From an uncultured Desulfatitalea sp. (GTDB lineage: Bacteria > Desulfobacterota > Desulfobacteria > Desulfobacterales > Desulfosarcinaceae), in contig CAXXMB010000001.1 in NCBI GenBank assembly GCA_963668675.2, positions 384,001 to 448,000 of the forward strand: a stretch of 64,000 bases of DNA, written 5' to 3'. How positions within the stretch are numbered: the first letter of the stretch is position 1; each line of letters opens with the position of its first letter. Below are positions 53,249 to 62,873 of the stretch, one piece after another. The translations under genes were made by a program, and so were the position numbers. The notes under the pieces are model-generated. The model worked only from the letters and a program-made list of their open reading frames with translations. It was not told the origin of the DNA and ran no database searches.

Positions 53249-54616
53249 ATGAAAACCATCCAGCTGCGTACCGGCGTATGGTACAACGACCATCCCATCA
53301 ACCTGAACTTTCCCGACGAGTGGGATGTACAGGTCCACACCCCCGACACGCCTCGCGCGCTCGATGAAGCGGGCATCAGAAATGTTCTGGCCAAGCCGAT
53401 CGGCCAACCGCCTTTGCGCCGATTGGCCGAGGGGAAAAAGCGCCCTGTCATTATCGTCGATGATCTGGCCCGCCCGACGCCGGCTTTCAAGATCATGCCG
53501 TTCATATTGGAAGAGCTGCAGCATGCCGGGATCCCCGACAGCGATGTGCGCGTTCTTGTTGCAACCGGTACGCACGGACATCAAGATCCCGCTGCACTGC
53601 GCAACAAACTTGGATCCGAAGTGATGGACCGATGCCGCGTGATCATCCACGACGATCGCAACCGGCGCGAGCTGAAGTATCTGGGCAAGACCTCCCAAAG
53701 GTCACCAGTCTACATCGACCGCGAGGCAACCGACAGTGATCTGCTCATCGGTGTCGGCGGGGTCTATCCGCAGCACACGACCGGATTCGGAGGCGGCAGC
53801 AAGCTCTGCCTGGGCATTCTGGGCAAAAAGACCATAACGCATCTGCACTTTAAACATAAAGGCGTAGCGGGGACCTATAATATCGACAACACGTTTCGCC
53901 ACGAACTGGACGAAATCGCCCGTATGCTGGGATTGAGCACCATGTTTACCCTGCACACCAACGCCGACCTCGACCTCGTCCATCTCATGTGCGGCGATCA
54001 CTTCCAGTACTATGCCGATGCCGCCCGATTCTCCAGGGAGAGATATGACGCCCCCTATCCAAACGATGCGGATGTGGTGATTGCCAATACCTATCCGTCG
54101 GATATCTCATATACCTTCATGCGTAAAGCCATGAAGGTGATTCGATGCGCGCCGCCCGACGCCACCAAAATCGCCATCGCCTCCAACTACGAAGGGTTGG
54201 GGCTCCACGGCCTGTTCCAGCAAGGCCTGGGCGAACGGTTGCGGATGTACAAAGCGCTCTACCATCGCATTTCGGTAATGGAGCCCAAGGTTATTTTTCA
54301 GAAACTCCTGAAGCACCTGTTTCGAATCAACCCCAAAAATCATCCGGCCGAACATGCGGGACCCTCCCCGGAGCCCCCTGCCGAAAAAATGCTCATCTAC
54401 CGGCCGCCAGGACCGGAAACCGACATACCAACACTTCCAGGGGTGAACATGCTGAGTCGGTGGGAAGATATCGTCTCGCGTATCAAAGAAGAGCATCCGG
54501 GTAAAGATTCGATCACCGTGCGGGTCTACACCTGCGCATCGTTGCAATGCATCGACGCGGAGGATAAACCGCAAGCGGCATCTCCTCCGGTTTCAGCGAT
54601 GGAACACGCCCAATGA
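53249..54616 (+). CDS. LarA-family (nickel-pincer) racemase/epimerase domain protein
   Basis: PIG..PL, DDLARPTP, VATGTH, GFGGGSK; AGGAG RBS before ATG 53249 (alternative 53174). Confidence 0.8.
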   Translation: MKTIQLRTGVWYNDHPINLNFPDEWDVQVHTPDTPRALDEAGIRNVLAKPIGQPPLRRLAEGKKRPVIIVDDLARPTPAFKIMPFILEELQHAGIPDSDVRVLVATGTHGHQDPAALRNKLGSEVMDRCRVIIHDDRNRRELKYLGKTSQRSPVYIDREATDSDLLIGVGGVYPQHTTGFGGGSKLCLGILGKKTITHLHFKHKGVAGTYNIDNTFRHELDEIARMLGLSTMFTLHTNADLDLVHLMCGDHFQYYADAARFSRERYDAPYPNDADVVIANTYPSDISYTFMRKAMKVIRCAPPDATKIAIASNYEGLGLHGLFQQGLGERLRMYKALYHRISVMEPKVIFQKLLKHLFRINPKNHPAEHAGPSPEPPAEKMLIYRPPGPETDIPTLPGVNMLSRWEDIVSRIKEEHPGKDSITVRVYTCASLQCIDAEDKPQAASPPVSAMEHAQ

Positions 54617-56025
54617 AAAAAAAGATACTGCTCATCAGCTACCACTATCCGCCGAGCATGGCTGTGGGCGGATTACGGATTGCCAATTTCGCACGGTATC
54701 TTCCCGAGCAGGGTTGGCAGCCATACGTGCTGACCGTCGAGGACCGTTATCTGGAGCAGGTCGATCCAAATCGGCTGGTCGGTCTCGAACATGCGCCCAT
54801 CGCCAAAGCCCCTAAAGCGCCGACCGTGTCGGATCTCTATCTCTCCCTCAAATCCCGACTGGGAAGGCAAGAGCGCAAAACAGATGGAGCAGAGACGGTC
54901 TCGCTTGCAAAAGCGATATCACCGAACGCCGGTCGCAATGGCGCAGAGGGTGCAAAGCAGAAACTGAAGCGATACCTTTTCTCTTTACTGCTCAGCCTTC
55001 CCGACGGCGAACGCAGTTGGGTGGTGCCCGCGGTACTGAAAGCCCTTCGCGTCATAAAGAGAGAACGGATCTCCACTGTTTTGACCTCCTGCCCGCCATA
55101 TTCCGTCCATCTGATCGGATTGGCGCTCAAACTGATCACCGGTGTTCGCTGGGTGGCCGATTTTCGCGATCCCTGGATTACCGGGAGTCAAAAGCGACTC
55201 TACTACACGAGCCGTCTCTCCATGGCCATCGAGCGGCGGCTGGAACATTTGGTGTTGCGCAAAGCGGACCGGGTGCTGGTCAATACGGCGAACCTGACCC
55301 GATTGCTGTTGCGCACCCACGGTGATCTCAGCAGACGAAAAGTGATGCAACTCCCCAACGGTTTCAATCCGGACCGGTATCGACCCTATCGGCAGCAGGA
55401 AAAATATCGCCGCTTCACCATCACCTACGCCGGTTCGCTATATTTCGGCCGCACGCCGGAGCCGTTGTTCGAGGCCATAAAAGCGTTGATCGACGCCGGG
55501 ACGATCCGCCCGGAGCAAATCGGCGTAAAATTAGTCGGCCAGTGCGACCGAATCGAGGGGCGGGCGACGGAAGCGGTCATCTCCTGTTACGCATTGGAGG
55601 GCGTTGTGGATCTCATCCCGCCCGTGTCCTACGACGAGGCCATGACCATCGTCGCAAAGAGTCACCTCGCACTACTGCTCGCTCCGGATCAACCGTACCA
55701 GATTCCCGCCAAAGTCTTCGACTACTTTGGCGTCTGCACGCCGGTATTGACCTTTGCAGGCGAGGGCGCCACAGCCGATATCGTTCGATCGACCCGCACG
55801 GGAGAAGTCTTCTCCCCCAATGACATCGACGGTATAGCGGCTTTTCTTGCAAGCACGTTATCATCGTCCGTTGCAGCGGATCGCCCACAGGCATCAGCCA
55901 ATTTAAAGGCGTTGGATATCCGCCATATCGTATCAACACTGGCAATGCAGCTGAATGACATCTGCCGTTTCGAAACAAACAATCGCCGGGACATGGCGAT
56001 CGCCTTGAACCACAACCGATCATGA
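54613..56025 (+). CDS. GT4-type glycosyltransferase
   Basis: LLISYHYPP, TSCPPYS, VADFRDPW, PNGFN, YAGSLY, PAKVFDY. Confidence 0.88.
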   Translation: MKKKILLISYHYPPSMAVGGLRIANFARYLPEQGWQPYVLTVEDRYLEQVDPNRLVGLEHAPIAKAPKAPTVSDLYLSLKSRLGRQERKTDGAETVSLAKAISPNAGRNGAEGAKQKLKRYLFSLLLSLPDGERSWVVPAVLKALRVIKRERISTVLTSCPPYSVHLIGLALKLITGVRWVADFRDPWITGSQKRLYYTSRLSMAIERRLEHLVLRKADRVLVNTANLTRLLLRTHGDLSRRKVMQLPNGFNPDRYRPYRQQEKYRRFTITYAGSLYFGRTPEPLFEAIKALIDAGTIRPEQIGVKLVGQCDRIEGRATEAVISCYALEGVVDLIPPVSYDEAMTIVAKSHLALLLAPDQPYQIPAKVFDYFGVCTPVLTFAGEGATADIVRSTRTGEVFSPNDIDGIAAFLASTLSSSVAADRPQASANLKALDIRHIVSTLAMQLNDICRFETNNRRDMAIALNHNRS

Positions 56026-56035
56026 TGGGGTGCGT

Positions 56036-57250
56036 ATGGATGTTCTTGTCACCGGAGCGGATCAGCGGCAAAGTCTGACCGTCATTCGTTCGCTCGGAAA
56101 GCACGGGGTAAAAGTGGTCGCAGCGGGTCCCAATGAAGGATCGTTGGGGTTCCGATCACGCTATGCCACAGAAAAATGGATTTATCCAAACCCGTACCGG
56201 GATCCGAACGGATTCATAAATTCCATTATCGATGCGGTTCGCACCTTCAAGGTGCCGATGATATTCCCCGTGGTCGAATCCACACTGGTTGTGATCAATC
56301 AATTCAGAGAAAGAATCGAGCGCGAAGCCGCCGTAGTGGCGGCCTCAAGGCAGGCCGTGGACTTGGCAATGGACAAGGACCGCCAGTTCAGCATTGCAGC
56401 CGACCTTGGAATCCGGGTGCCGCTGACCATAGCGCCCGATTCAATGGCCACTGCCCAACAGCAGATCAAGGGGCTGCAGTTTCCGGTGGTGGTCAAGGCC
56501 AATGTCAAACCCCAGGAGGAAGACAAGGCCGCCGACATCCTCAAAGTCTCCTATGCGGACGACTGGCCGGAACTGGAGCGCCTGTTGGCGCCTTACTACC
56601 GGGCTGGTGTGCTGCCCATTATCCAGGAATTGATTTTCGGCGACGGCATCGGATGCGGTGTACTGATGGACCACGATCGCGCCTTGTGCTGCTACCAGTA
56701 TCACCGGGGCCGTGAAAACCACCCCACCGGGGGCGTGCCCGTGCGCTACGAGAGCATGCCCATGTGGCCCGAAGTACGGGAGCAGTCTGTTCGTATGCTC
56801 CAGGCCATGGACTGGCACGGCATCGCCCAGGTTGAGTGGAAGAACATCATCGGCACGCGGGAGATGGTGCTGATGGAGGTCAACGGACGCTTCTGGGCCT
56901 CGCTCCCGGGAGCGGTGCACGCCGGCATGGATTTCCCCGCCTGGCTCTACGACCTCTGGCGGGGTGAAACGGTGAACTGTCACGAGGACTATAAAATCCC
57001 GGTGGCCAGCCGCCATCTGACCGGTGACCTGGACCGCCTGGAGATGGTGCTCCGGATGCCATTGCCGGTCAGTACCGTGCCCATCGGCCCGAAACACCGG
57101 GAACTGATGGCCTTCATGACCGACTTCTTCCGTTGGCGTGTTAAATCCGATGTCTTCGCCTGGAGCGATCCACTGCCGGGGGTTCGGGAGGTTTGGGATA
57201 TCGTGAAGAAGTATGCAAGGCGTTTTTCAGGGAAGTTTATACGGCGATAG
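56036..57250 (+). CDS. ATP-grasp ligase (third copy)
   Basis: VLVTGA..RQSL..IRSLG, SRY, DK, FPVVVK, IQE.I.G.G, LMEVNGRFWAS, DPLP. Confidence 0.82.
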   Translation: MDVLVTGADQRQSLTVIRSLGKHGVKVVAAGPNEGSLGFRSRYATEKWIYPNPYRDPNGFINSIIDAVRTFKVPMIFPVVESTLVVINQFRERIEREAAVVAASRQAVDLAMDKDRQFSIAADLGIRVPLTIAPDSMATAQQQIKGLQFPVVVKANVKPQEEDKAADILKVSYADDWPELERLLAPYYRAGVLPIIQELIFGDGIGCGVLMDHDRALCCYQYHRGRENHPTGGVPVRYESMPMWPEVREQSVRMLQAMDWHGIAQVEWKNIIGTREMVLMEVNGRFWASLPGAVHAGMDFPAWLYDLWRGETVNCHEDYKIPVASRHLTGDLDRLEMVLRMPLPVSTVPIGPKHRELMAFMTDFFRWRVKSDVFAWSDPLPGVREVWDIVKKYARRFSGKFIRR

Positions 57251-57327
57251 GCTCGAAGGGCTCGTGAAAGTTGTTTGTCAGGAAAATCCGAAACATTAAA
57301 AACCCATCCTATCCACAAGGAATCGAC

Positions 57328-58776
57328 ATGTCACTATATGCAAGCTTTGTCAAAAACGTCACACTTCCGTTCTACGAACGCCGGCGCGGGTCTGATCTGT
57401 TGCAGCGCATGGGCGGATTCGAACAGTCCCAGTGGATGAGCACCGAGCAACTGAAAAGCCTGCAGTTCGAAAAACTGCACAAACTGCTCAAACACGCCTA
57501 CCAGCATGTACCCCTTTATCGTGAAAAATTCGATTCGATCGGCGCCGTACCGGAAGACTTCACTTCTTTAGAGGACTTCTCAAAATTTCCGACCCTGGTG
57601 AAGAAGGAGCTTCAGGAGCGTCTTGACGATTTGACCGCCACAAATGCCGATCCTCAAAATCTGCTCAAAGGCATAACCAGCGGTTCATCCGGGCAGCCCA
57701 CGATCTATATTCAGGAACGCTCTTCCAACAGAGACCGTGTGGCCGCCGGCAAGCGCCTGACCGGAATCGCAGGTTGGGACGTGGGATTGCGCCTATTTTA
57801 TCTTTGGCGGGACAGCCCCTACCAGATCGAGGACGGCAAGATCACTGAAGTTGATATACATGCCCATCAATCCGGTTCGTTACTCGGCAGGCTGAAGCGC
57901 GCCATTCACGATCGGTACGGCGTTGTGAATCCAACCCTGCGGGTCGACCCAACCATGATGACCGAATCCGAAATGGCCGAAATGTTTCAGCGACTAAAAC
58001 GCTTCAAGCCGGATGTGATCATCAGCTATGTCAACACCCTATACCGGTTTGCGCAATTCATGGACGCAGAAAATCTCAGCGGCATCCGTCCCCGGTCAGT
58101 GATCGTCTCGTCCGAGTCGCTCTATCCCCATCAGCGCAAACTCATGGAGAAGGTCTTCAGCGTCCCGGTGTACAACCGTTACGGACTGAGCGAAACTGGC
58201 ATCGTGGCCATCGAGTGCCCCGAGCGAAACGGCCTGCACATCAACCAGGAGATACTTCACATCGAATATTTGCCGACCGTTTCCGAAACCCAGCAGATCG
58301 TGGTCACCGACCTTGTTAACTACGGCATGCCCATCTTGCGTTACGAAACCGGCGATACCGGCGTGCCGGTAGCCGGTACATGCGCCTGCGGACGAGGTCT
58401 CGAACGCATCGGCAATCTGGAGGGGCGCGTCATCGAGCTTTTGCCCAGCAAGCTGGGCGGGCATGTCAACGGGCAATTGTTTGCCACTTTTCACTGGATC
58501 GAGGGCGTCAAGCAGTACCAGGTCATCCAGGACCGCATAGAGGCCTTCCGCATCAATATCGTTCGCACCGACCGCTATAAAGAGGCTAATCTCGATCCCA
58601 TGGTGACCACCATTCGGGAAAAGTTCGGGACAGACACCCATATCGACATCAACTACATGGATGTGATTCCATTCACCAACGGCGGAAAGTACAAATTGGT
58701 CGTATCCAATATCAAGCCGAACACCGATCAAATGGAAGCCGATAATCTATCCTCGGAAAACAAATTGGCCGGCTGA
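57328..58776 (+). CDS. CapK/PaaK-like adenylating enzyme (phenylacetate-CoA ligase family)
   Basis: HVPLYR, TSGSSGQP, YGLSETG, VTDLVNYGMPILRYETGD, GR, GKYK. Confidence 0.88.
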   Translation: MSLYASFVKNVTLPFYERRRGSDLLQRMGGFEQSQWMSTEQLKSLQFEKLHKLLKHAYQHVPLYREKFDSIGAVPEDFTSLEDFSKFPTLVKKELQERLDDLTATNADPQNLLKGITSGSSGQPTIYIQERSSNRDRVAAGKRLTGIAGWDVGLRLFYLWRDSPYQIEDGKITEVDIHAHQSGSLLGRLKRAIHDRYGVVNPTLRVDPTMMTESEMAEMFQRLKRFKPDVIISYVNTLYRFAQFMDAENLSGIRPRSVIVSSESLYPHQRKLMEKVFSVPVYNRYGLSETGIVAIECPERNGLHINQEILHIEYLPTVSETQQIVVTDLVNYGMPILRYETGDTGVPVAGTCACGRGLERIGNLEGRVIELLPSKLGGHVNGQLFATFHWIEGVKQYQVIQDRIEAFRINIVRTDRYKEANLDPMVTTIREKFGTDTHIDINYMDVIPFTNGGKYKLVVSNIKPNTDQMEADNLSSENKLAG

Positions 58777-58972
58777 GAACCCTTCCCCTTGCCTTAAGCC
58801 CTTTCACTACTTAGCTTTGCCCACAAAAACATCGACGGCGTCCAACGCCTGGTGAATCTGTGCTCTATTGAATCTGCACGGGACCGTACCGACATCATTC
58901 AGCGACTATCACGCCCAGTGTGATTCGTAAGAGCCGTTTTCACAACGGTAAATAGAAAGAGATGGTAGAACT

Positions 58973-60526
58973 ATGAAAAGTAATTCAAAGAAATATGCCG
59001 TTGCCATTTTAGCAGCATTGATATCGGTGATTTCCCCTTCCTTGGCCTTTAGCGCTATTCTAAATGTTCCAACCGTGGCCTATCCCACAATCCAGGATGC
59101 GATTGATGCGGCAAATCCGTCGGACGAGGTTGTCATCGCGGACGGAACCTATACCGGCGCAGGCAATATCAATCTGGATTTCGGTGGCAAAGCCATTACC
59201 GTGAGATCGGCAAACGGCCCGTCGGCGGTAACCATAGATGTCGGGGGTGTGTTCGGCAATCGCGGCGTTATTTTTCAATCGGGAGAGGGCCGCGATTCGG
59301 TGCTGCAGGGAGTTGCCATCGAGAACGGCAACGCTGATTTCGGCGGCGGCATCCGTATCACCCAGGGGTTTGCCATGACAACAGCCTCTCCCACCGTCAG
59401 GAATTGTATCATTCGCAACAACACGGCCGTGCAGGGCGGCGGCGTTAACATCTCCGGGCCCGATGCTTCACCGTTGTTTGTCAATGTGGTCATTTCGGGA
59501 AACAGCGCCATCGCCGTACTGAACGCACAGGGGGGAGGGGGGCTGCGCGCAGCCAGAACTACCGGCGTCACCACGGTGACGATTGAGGACAGCACCATCG
59601 ACGGCAACACCAGCTCGGCCAGCGGCGGTGGTATTCTCATCGATCGTGCGACCCTGAACTTAAAAAACGCTACCATATCCAACAACGAGACCACCGGCTT
59701 CAATGGCGGCGGCATTGCCGTGTCCGGCCTTCTTGCCGGAGACCTCACCAATGGTCAATTTGCCAACGCCTATATCCATAACTGTGTGATCTTCGGAAAC
59801 AGCGCCTGGCAAAAGGGCGGCGCTTTGCGGTTTAATCATGTTCTTCCAGCCAACACACTGGAAGTGGTCAACACGCTGATCTATGATAATACCTCCAGCG
59901 CATCCGCCCCGCCCGACGGTGCAGGCAACGGGGCTGCGGTTGACGCATGGCAGGCATCTCCCTTTTTATTTAACTGCACTGTGACGGATAATGTTGACCT
60001 GGCCAACAATAGTATCTTGTTTGCGCACACAGACGGCCCCCCCAATCTGGCACTACCCATTGCCGTTATTACTATCGGGAACAGCATTGTTTATGGTAAC
60101 ACGGGCGCCCAATTGGCAGAAGCACTAGACATGTCTTCTTTCTTTTTGATTGGCTATTCTGTCGTAGACGATCCGGCAAATTACCCTGCCGGCGTTGATG
60201 GCAATATCAATAGTGACCCTTTGTTTGTCGATGCGGCAAGTGACGACTACCGTCTCCAGGCAGTGTCGCCAGCCATCGATGCCGCCGACAATTCTTCTAT
60301 ACCGGCCGACAGTCTGGATTTGGACGATGATGGAAATACTTCAGAACTCATCCCTGTAGATATAGACGGCAGTCCCAGAAGATCAGATAGAACCGATATT
60401 GCTGACACCGGAATTGGAACAGCCCCTATCGTGGATATGGGGGCGTTTGAAAAACAGGAGATCACTGGTGGTGGCGGAGGCGGCGGTGGCGGCGGAGGCT
60501 GCTTCATCACCACACTTTTCTACTAA
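58973..60526 (+). CDS. Secreted right-handed beta-helix protein with a poly-Gly-CFITTLFY C-terminus
   Basis: Signal peptide, YPTIQDAIDAA, repeated N..GGG[IV] units, DPLFVD..DYRLQ..SPAIDA..DIDG.PR..VDMGAFE, G11-CFITTLFY. Confidence 0.8.
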   Translation: MKSNSKKYAVAILAALISVISPSLAFSAILNVPTVAYPTIQDAIDAANPSDEVVIADGTYTGAGNINLDFGGKAITVRSANGPSAVTIDVGGVFGNRGVIFQSGEGRDSVLQGVAIENGNADFGGGIRITQGFAMTTASPTVRNCIIRNNTAVQGGGVNISGPDASPLFVNVVISGNSAIAVLNAQGGGGLRAARTTGVTTVTIEDSTIDGNTSSASGGGILIDRATLNLKNATISNNETTGFNGGGIAVSGLLAGDLTNGQFANAYIHNCVIFGNSAWQKGGALRFNHVLPANTLEVVNTLIYDNTSSASAPPDGAGNGAAVDAWQASPFLFNCTVTDNVDLANNSILFAHTDGPPNLALPIAVITIGNSIVYGNTGAQLAEALDMSSFFLIGYSVVDDPANYPAGVDGNINSDPLFVDAASDDYRLQAVSPAIDAADNSSIPADSLDLDDDGNTSELIPVDIDGSPRRSDRTDIADTGIGTAPIVDMGAFEKQEITGGGGGGGGGGGCFITTLFY

Positions 60527-60552
60527 AGAATAGTTGCAGAAACAAAACTACG

Positions 60553-60900
60553 GCTGGGCTCCGGCTTTCGCCGGAGTGACGGACCCATCTGAATACTTGT
60601 CATAGGCTGGTTCAAGTCTTCCGAAATGATGGCAAAAGAATTGCTGTTTATATTCAATGTCATTAACTCACGCGGGTACAGTGGGCGGGCATAAAGCCCG
60701 CCCCTAAGAAAATTTGTACAAGCAAAGCGGTTGGTACCCGAGAGCCATGCAGGGGCGGGGTTTATCCCCGCCCGGATCGAGAGTGAGAACCCAAAGCTAA
60801 TGACATTGGTTTCAAATTTTGAATTTCGGTCATGCGAATTTGTTTCAGATTTCGATATTCGAATTTCGGATTTCCTTCAAGATATTCGAATATCGAATTT
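60553..60900. repeat. Composite repeat: GTCAT-family hairpin, REP doublet (60683-60707, 60749-60773), heptamer arm
   Basis: REP doublet and flank are the inverted counterpart of 47897-47986. Confidence 0.8.
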
Positions 60901-60930
60901 ACTATCTATATATAATTCCAAGGTGATCCA

Positions 60931-62856
60931 ATGTGCGGAATAGTAGGCATACTCCGGCTGGACAATCAGCCGATTAACGAAAAGCGATTGATCAAAATGA
61001 GGGATCGCATGATCCACCGCGGCCCTGACGATGCCGGCGTTCATATCGACGGGCAGGTCGGGCTGGGGCATCGGCGCCTGGCCATCATCGACCTTACACC
61101 AGGCGGTCATCAACCCATGCTCAGCGATAATGGCCGGATTGCCCTGGTCTTCAACGGAGAGATTTTCAACTACCTGGAGCTGCGCGAAGAGCTGATCCGC
61201 AAAGGACATCACTTCCGTTCCACTTCGGATACCGAAGTGATCATCCATCAATATCTGGAAGACGGCGAAAGCTGCGTCGATAAATTCAACGGTATGTTCG
61301 CTTTTGCCTTGTGGGATTCGCGCAAACAAATTCTCTTTGCCGCTCGAGACAGACTGGGGATCAAACCGCTATATTTTTTCAAGGACCAGCGCCAGTTCAT
61401 CATCGCATCTGAACTCAAGGCCATAATCGAGGATCCGGAAGTGCCCAGAGACCCCGATCCCCGGGGCATCGCCGACTACTTCTTTGCCGGAAAACCGCTG
61501 GGCGATAAAACCATGTTCAAGTCGATCTACCAGGTTGAGCCTGGTTATTTGCTCACCGTCGATGGAAAATCTGGATCGGTTAAAACCCGAAAGTATTGGG
61601 ACATTCACTACAACTACGACACTAACCGCAGCGAGGCGCAGGTGGTCGAAGAGTTGTCGCACTTGCTCGATGACGCCATCAAGGTGCACTGCCGCAGCGA
61701 TGCGCCTCTGGGGTGCCATCTCAGCGGCGGGATGGATACCAGTGTGGTGACCGCGTTTGCCGCCCGACATCGCGAGCGGCTCAAGACCTTTTCCATCAAG
61801 TTTTCCGAGGACGAATACATCGACGAGACCCCGTTTGCCAAAGCCGTGGCCAACCACGTCTCGGCGGACTACCTCGAAAGCACGCCCACCATCCGCGAGA
61901 TCGAACAGGCCCTGCCTTTTCTGGGGTGGCATATGGAAAACCCGATCTCCGCCATGGGCGGCTACAACTACTATGCCGTCTCCGCCTTCGCCCAGGGTCA
62001 AGTCAAGGTTACGCTCACCGGCCATGGCGGCGACGAAATTTTTGCCGGCTATCCGGCACAGTTCCAGACCAGCTTCGGACGCACCGATATGTTCGTGCTC
62101 CATTCAGACCCTGAAAGTCACGTCGAAGCGAGCCTGGTCAGCCGCGTGCTGAAGCGGCTGCAGCGTAAAAGCCCTATGCAGATCCTCAGCGCCGTCAAGC
62201 GCCGGCTTTTAAGACAGAAACTCTCCTTCGAAGAGCTCTGGATCGCGCTGCACTGCGGCACCCTGCCAAAAGAGAACCCGATCTTCTACAACGGCTTTGT
62301 CAAGCAGCTCAACGGGTATTCACCGCGGGATGACTACCTGCGGCCATTCAGAGAGGCGGATACGGATGTGCTGATCGACAAGTGTCTCTACCACGACATC
62401 CGCTCCTATCTGCCGGGATTGCTACATGTGGAAGATCGTGCCAGCATGGCCGTGTCCATCGAGTCGCGCGTTCCCCTGCTGGACTACCGCATCATCGAGT
62501 TTCTGGCGACCGTTCCGCCCGAGATCAAAATCAAAGGCCACGAGCCCAAACACCTCATGCGGCGGGTGGCCGAATCCGTTCTGCCAGAAGAGGTGTGGCA
62601 GCGAAAGGACAAGCGGCCCTTCCCGATGCCCAGTCGTTTTTTGTCTTCAACCGGTATGCGCGATCTGGCCAAGCAGGTGCTGCTGGCGCCTGAAAGTATG
62701 GATCGCGGTATCGTGCATCCCACTAAATTGAAAGACATCTGCAGCAACGAACTCGCCACGCGGGACCACGAGGCCCGGCAGATATTGGCGCTGGAGCTCT
62801 GGTTTCAAATGTTCGTTGACAAGAACCCGAACTGGCTGGCTTCGGCCAACGCCTGA
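60931..62856 (+). CDS. asnB: Glutamine-hydrolysing asparagine synthase-like amidotransferase
   Basis: MCGIVG, HRGPD, RRLAIIDL, FNGEIFN, LSGGMDTS, LTGHGGDE, DRASMAVSIESRVP. Confidence 0.92.
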   Translation: MCGIVGILRLDNQPINEKRLIKMRDRMIHRGPDDAGVHIDGQVGLGHRRLAIIDLTPGGHQPMLSDNGRIALVFNGEIFNYLELREELIRKGHHFRSTSDTEVIIHQYLEDGESCVDKFNGMFAFALWDSRKQILFAARDRLGIKPLYFFKDQRQFIIASELKAIIEDPEVPRDPDPRGIADYFFAGKPLGDKTMFKSIYQVEPGYLLTVDGKSGSVKTRKYWDIHYNYDTNRSEAQVVEELSHLLDDAIKVHCRSDAPLGCHLSGGMDTSVVTAFAARHRERLKTFSIKFSEDEYIDETPFAKAVANHVSADYLESTPTIREIEQALPFLGWHMENPISAMGGYNYYAVSAFAQGQVKVTLTGHGGDEIFAGYPAQFQTSFGRTDMFVLHSDPESHVEASLVSRVLKRLQRKSPMQILSAVKRRLLRQKLSFEELWIALHCGTLPKENPIFYNGFVKQLNGYSPRDDYLRPFREADTDVLIDKCLYHDIRSYLPGLLHVEDRASMAVSIESRVPLLDYRIIEFLATVPPEIKIKGHEPKHLMRRVAESVLPEEVWQRKDKRPFPMPSRFLSSTGMRDLAKQVLLAPESMDRGIVHPTKLKDICSNELATRDHEARQILALELWFQMFVDKNPNWLASANA

Positions 62857-62873
62857 AAACGCCGGAGTAACGC

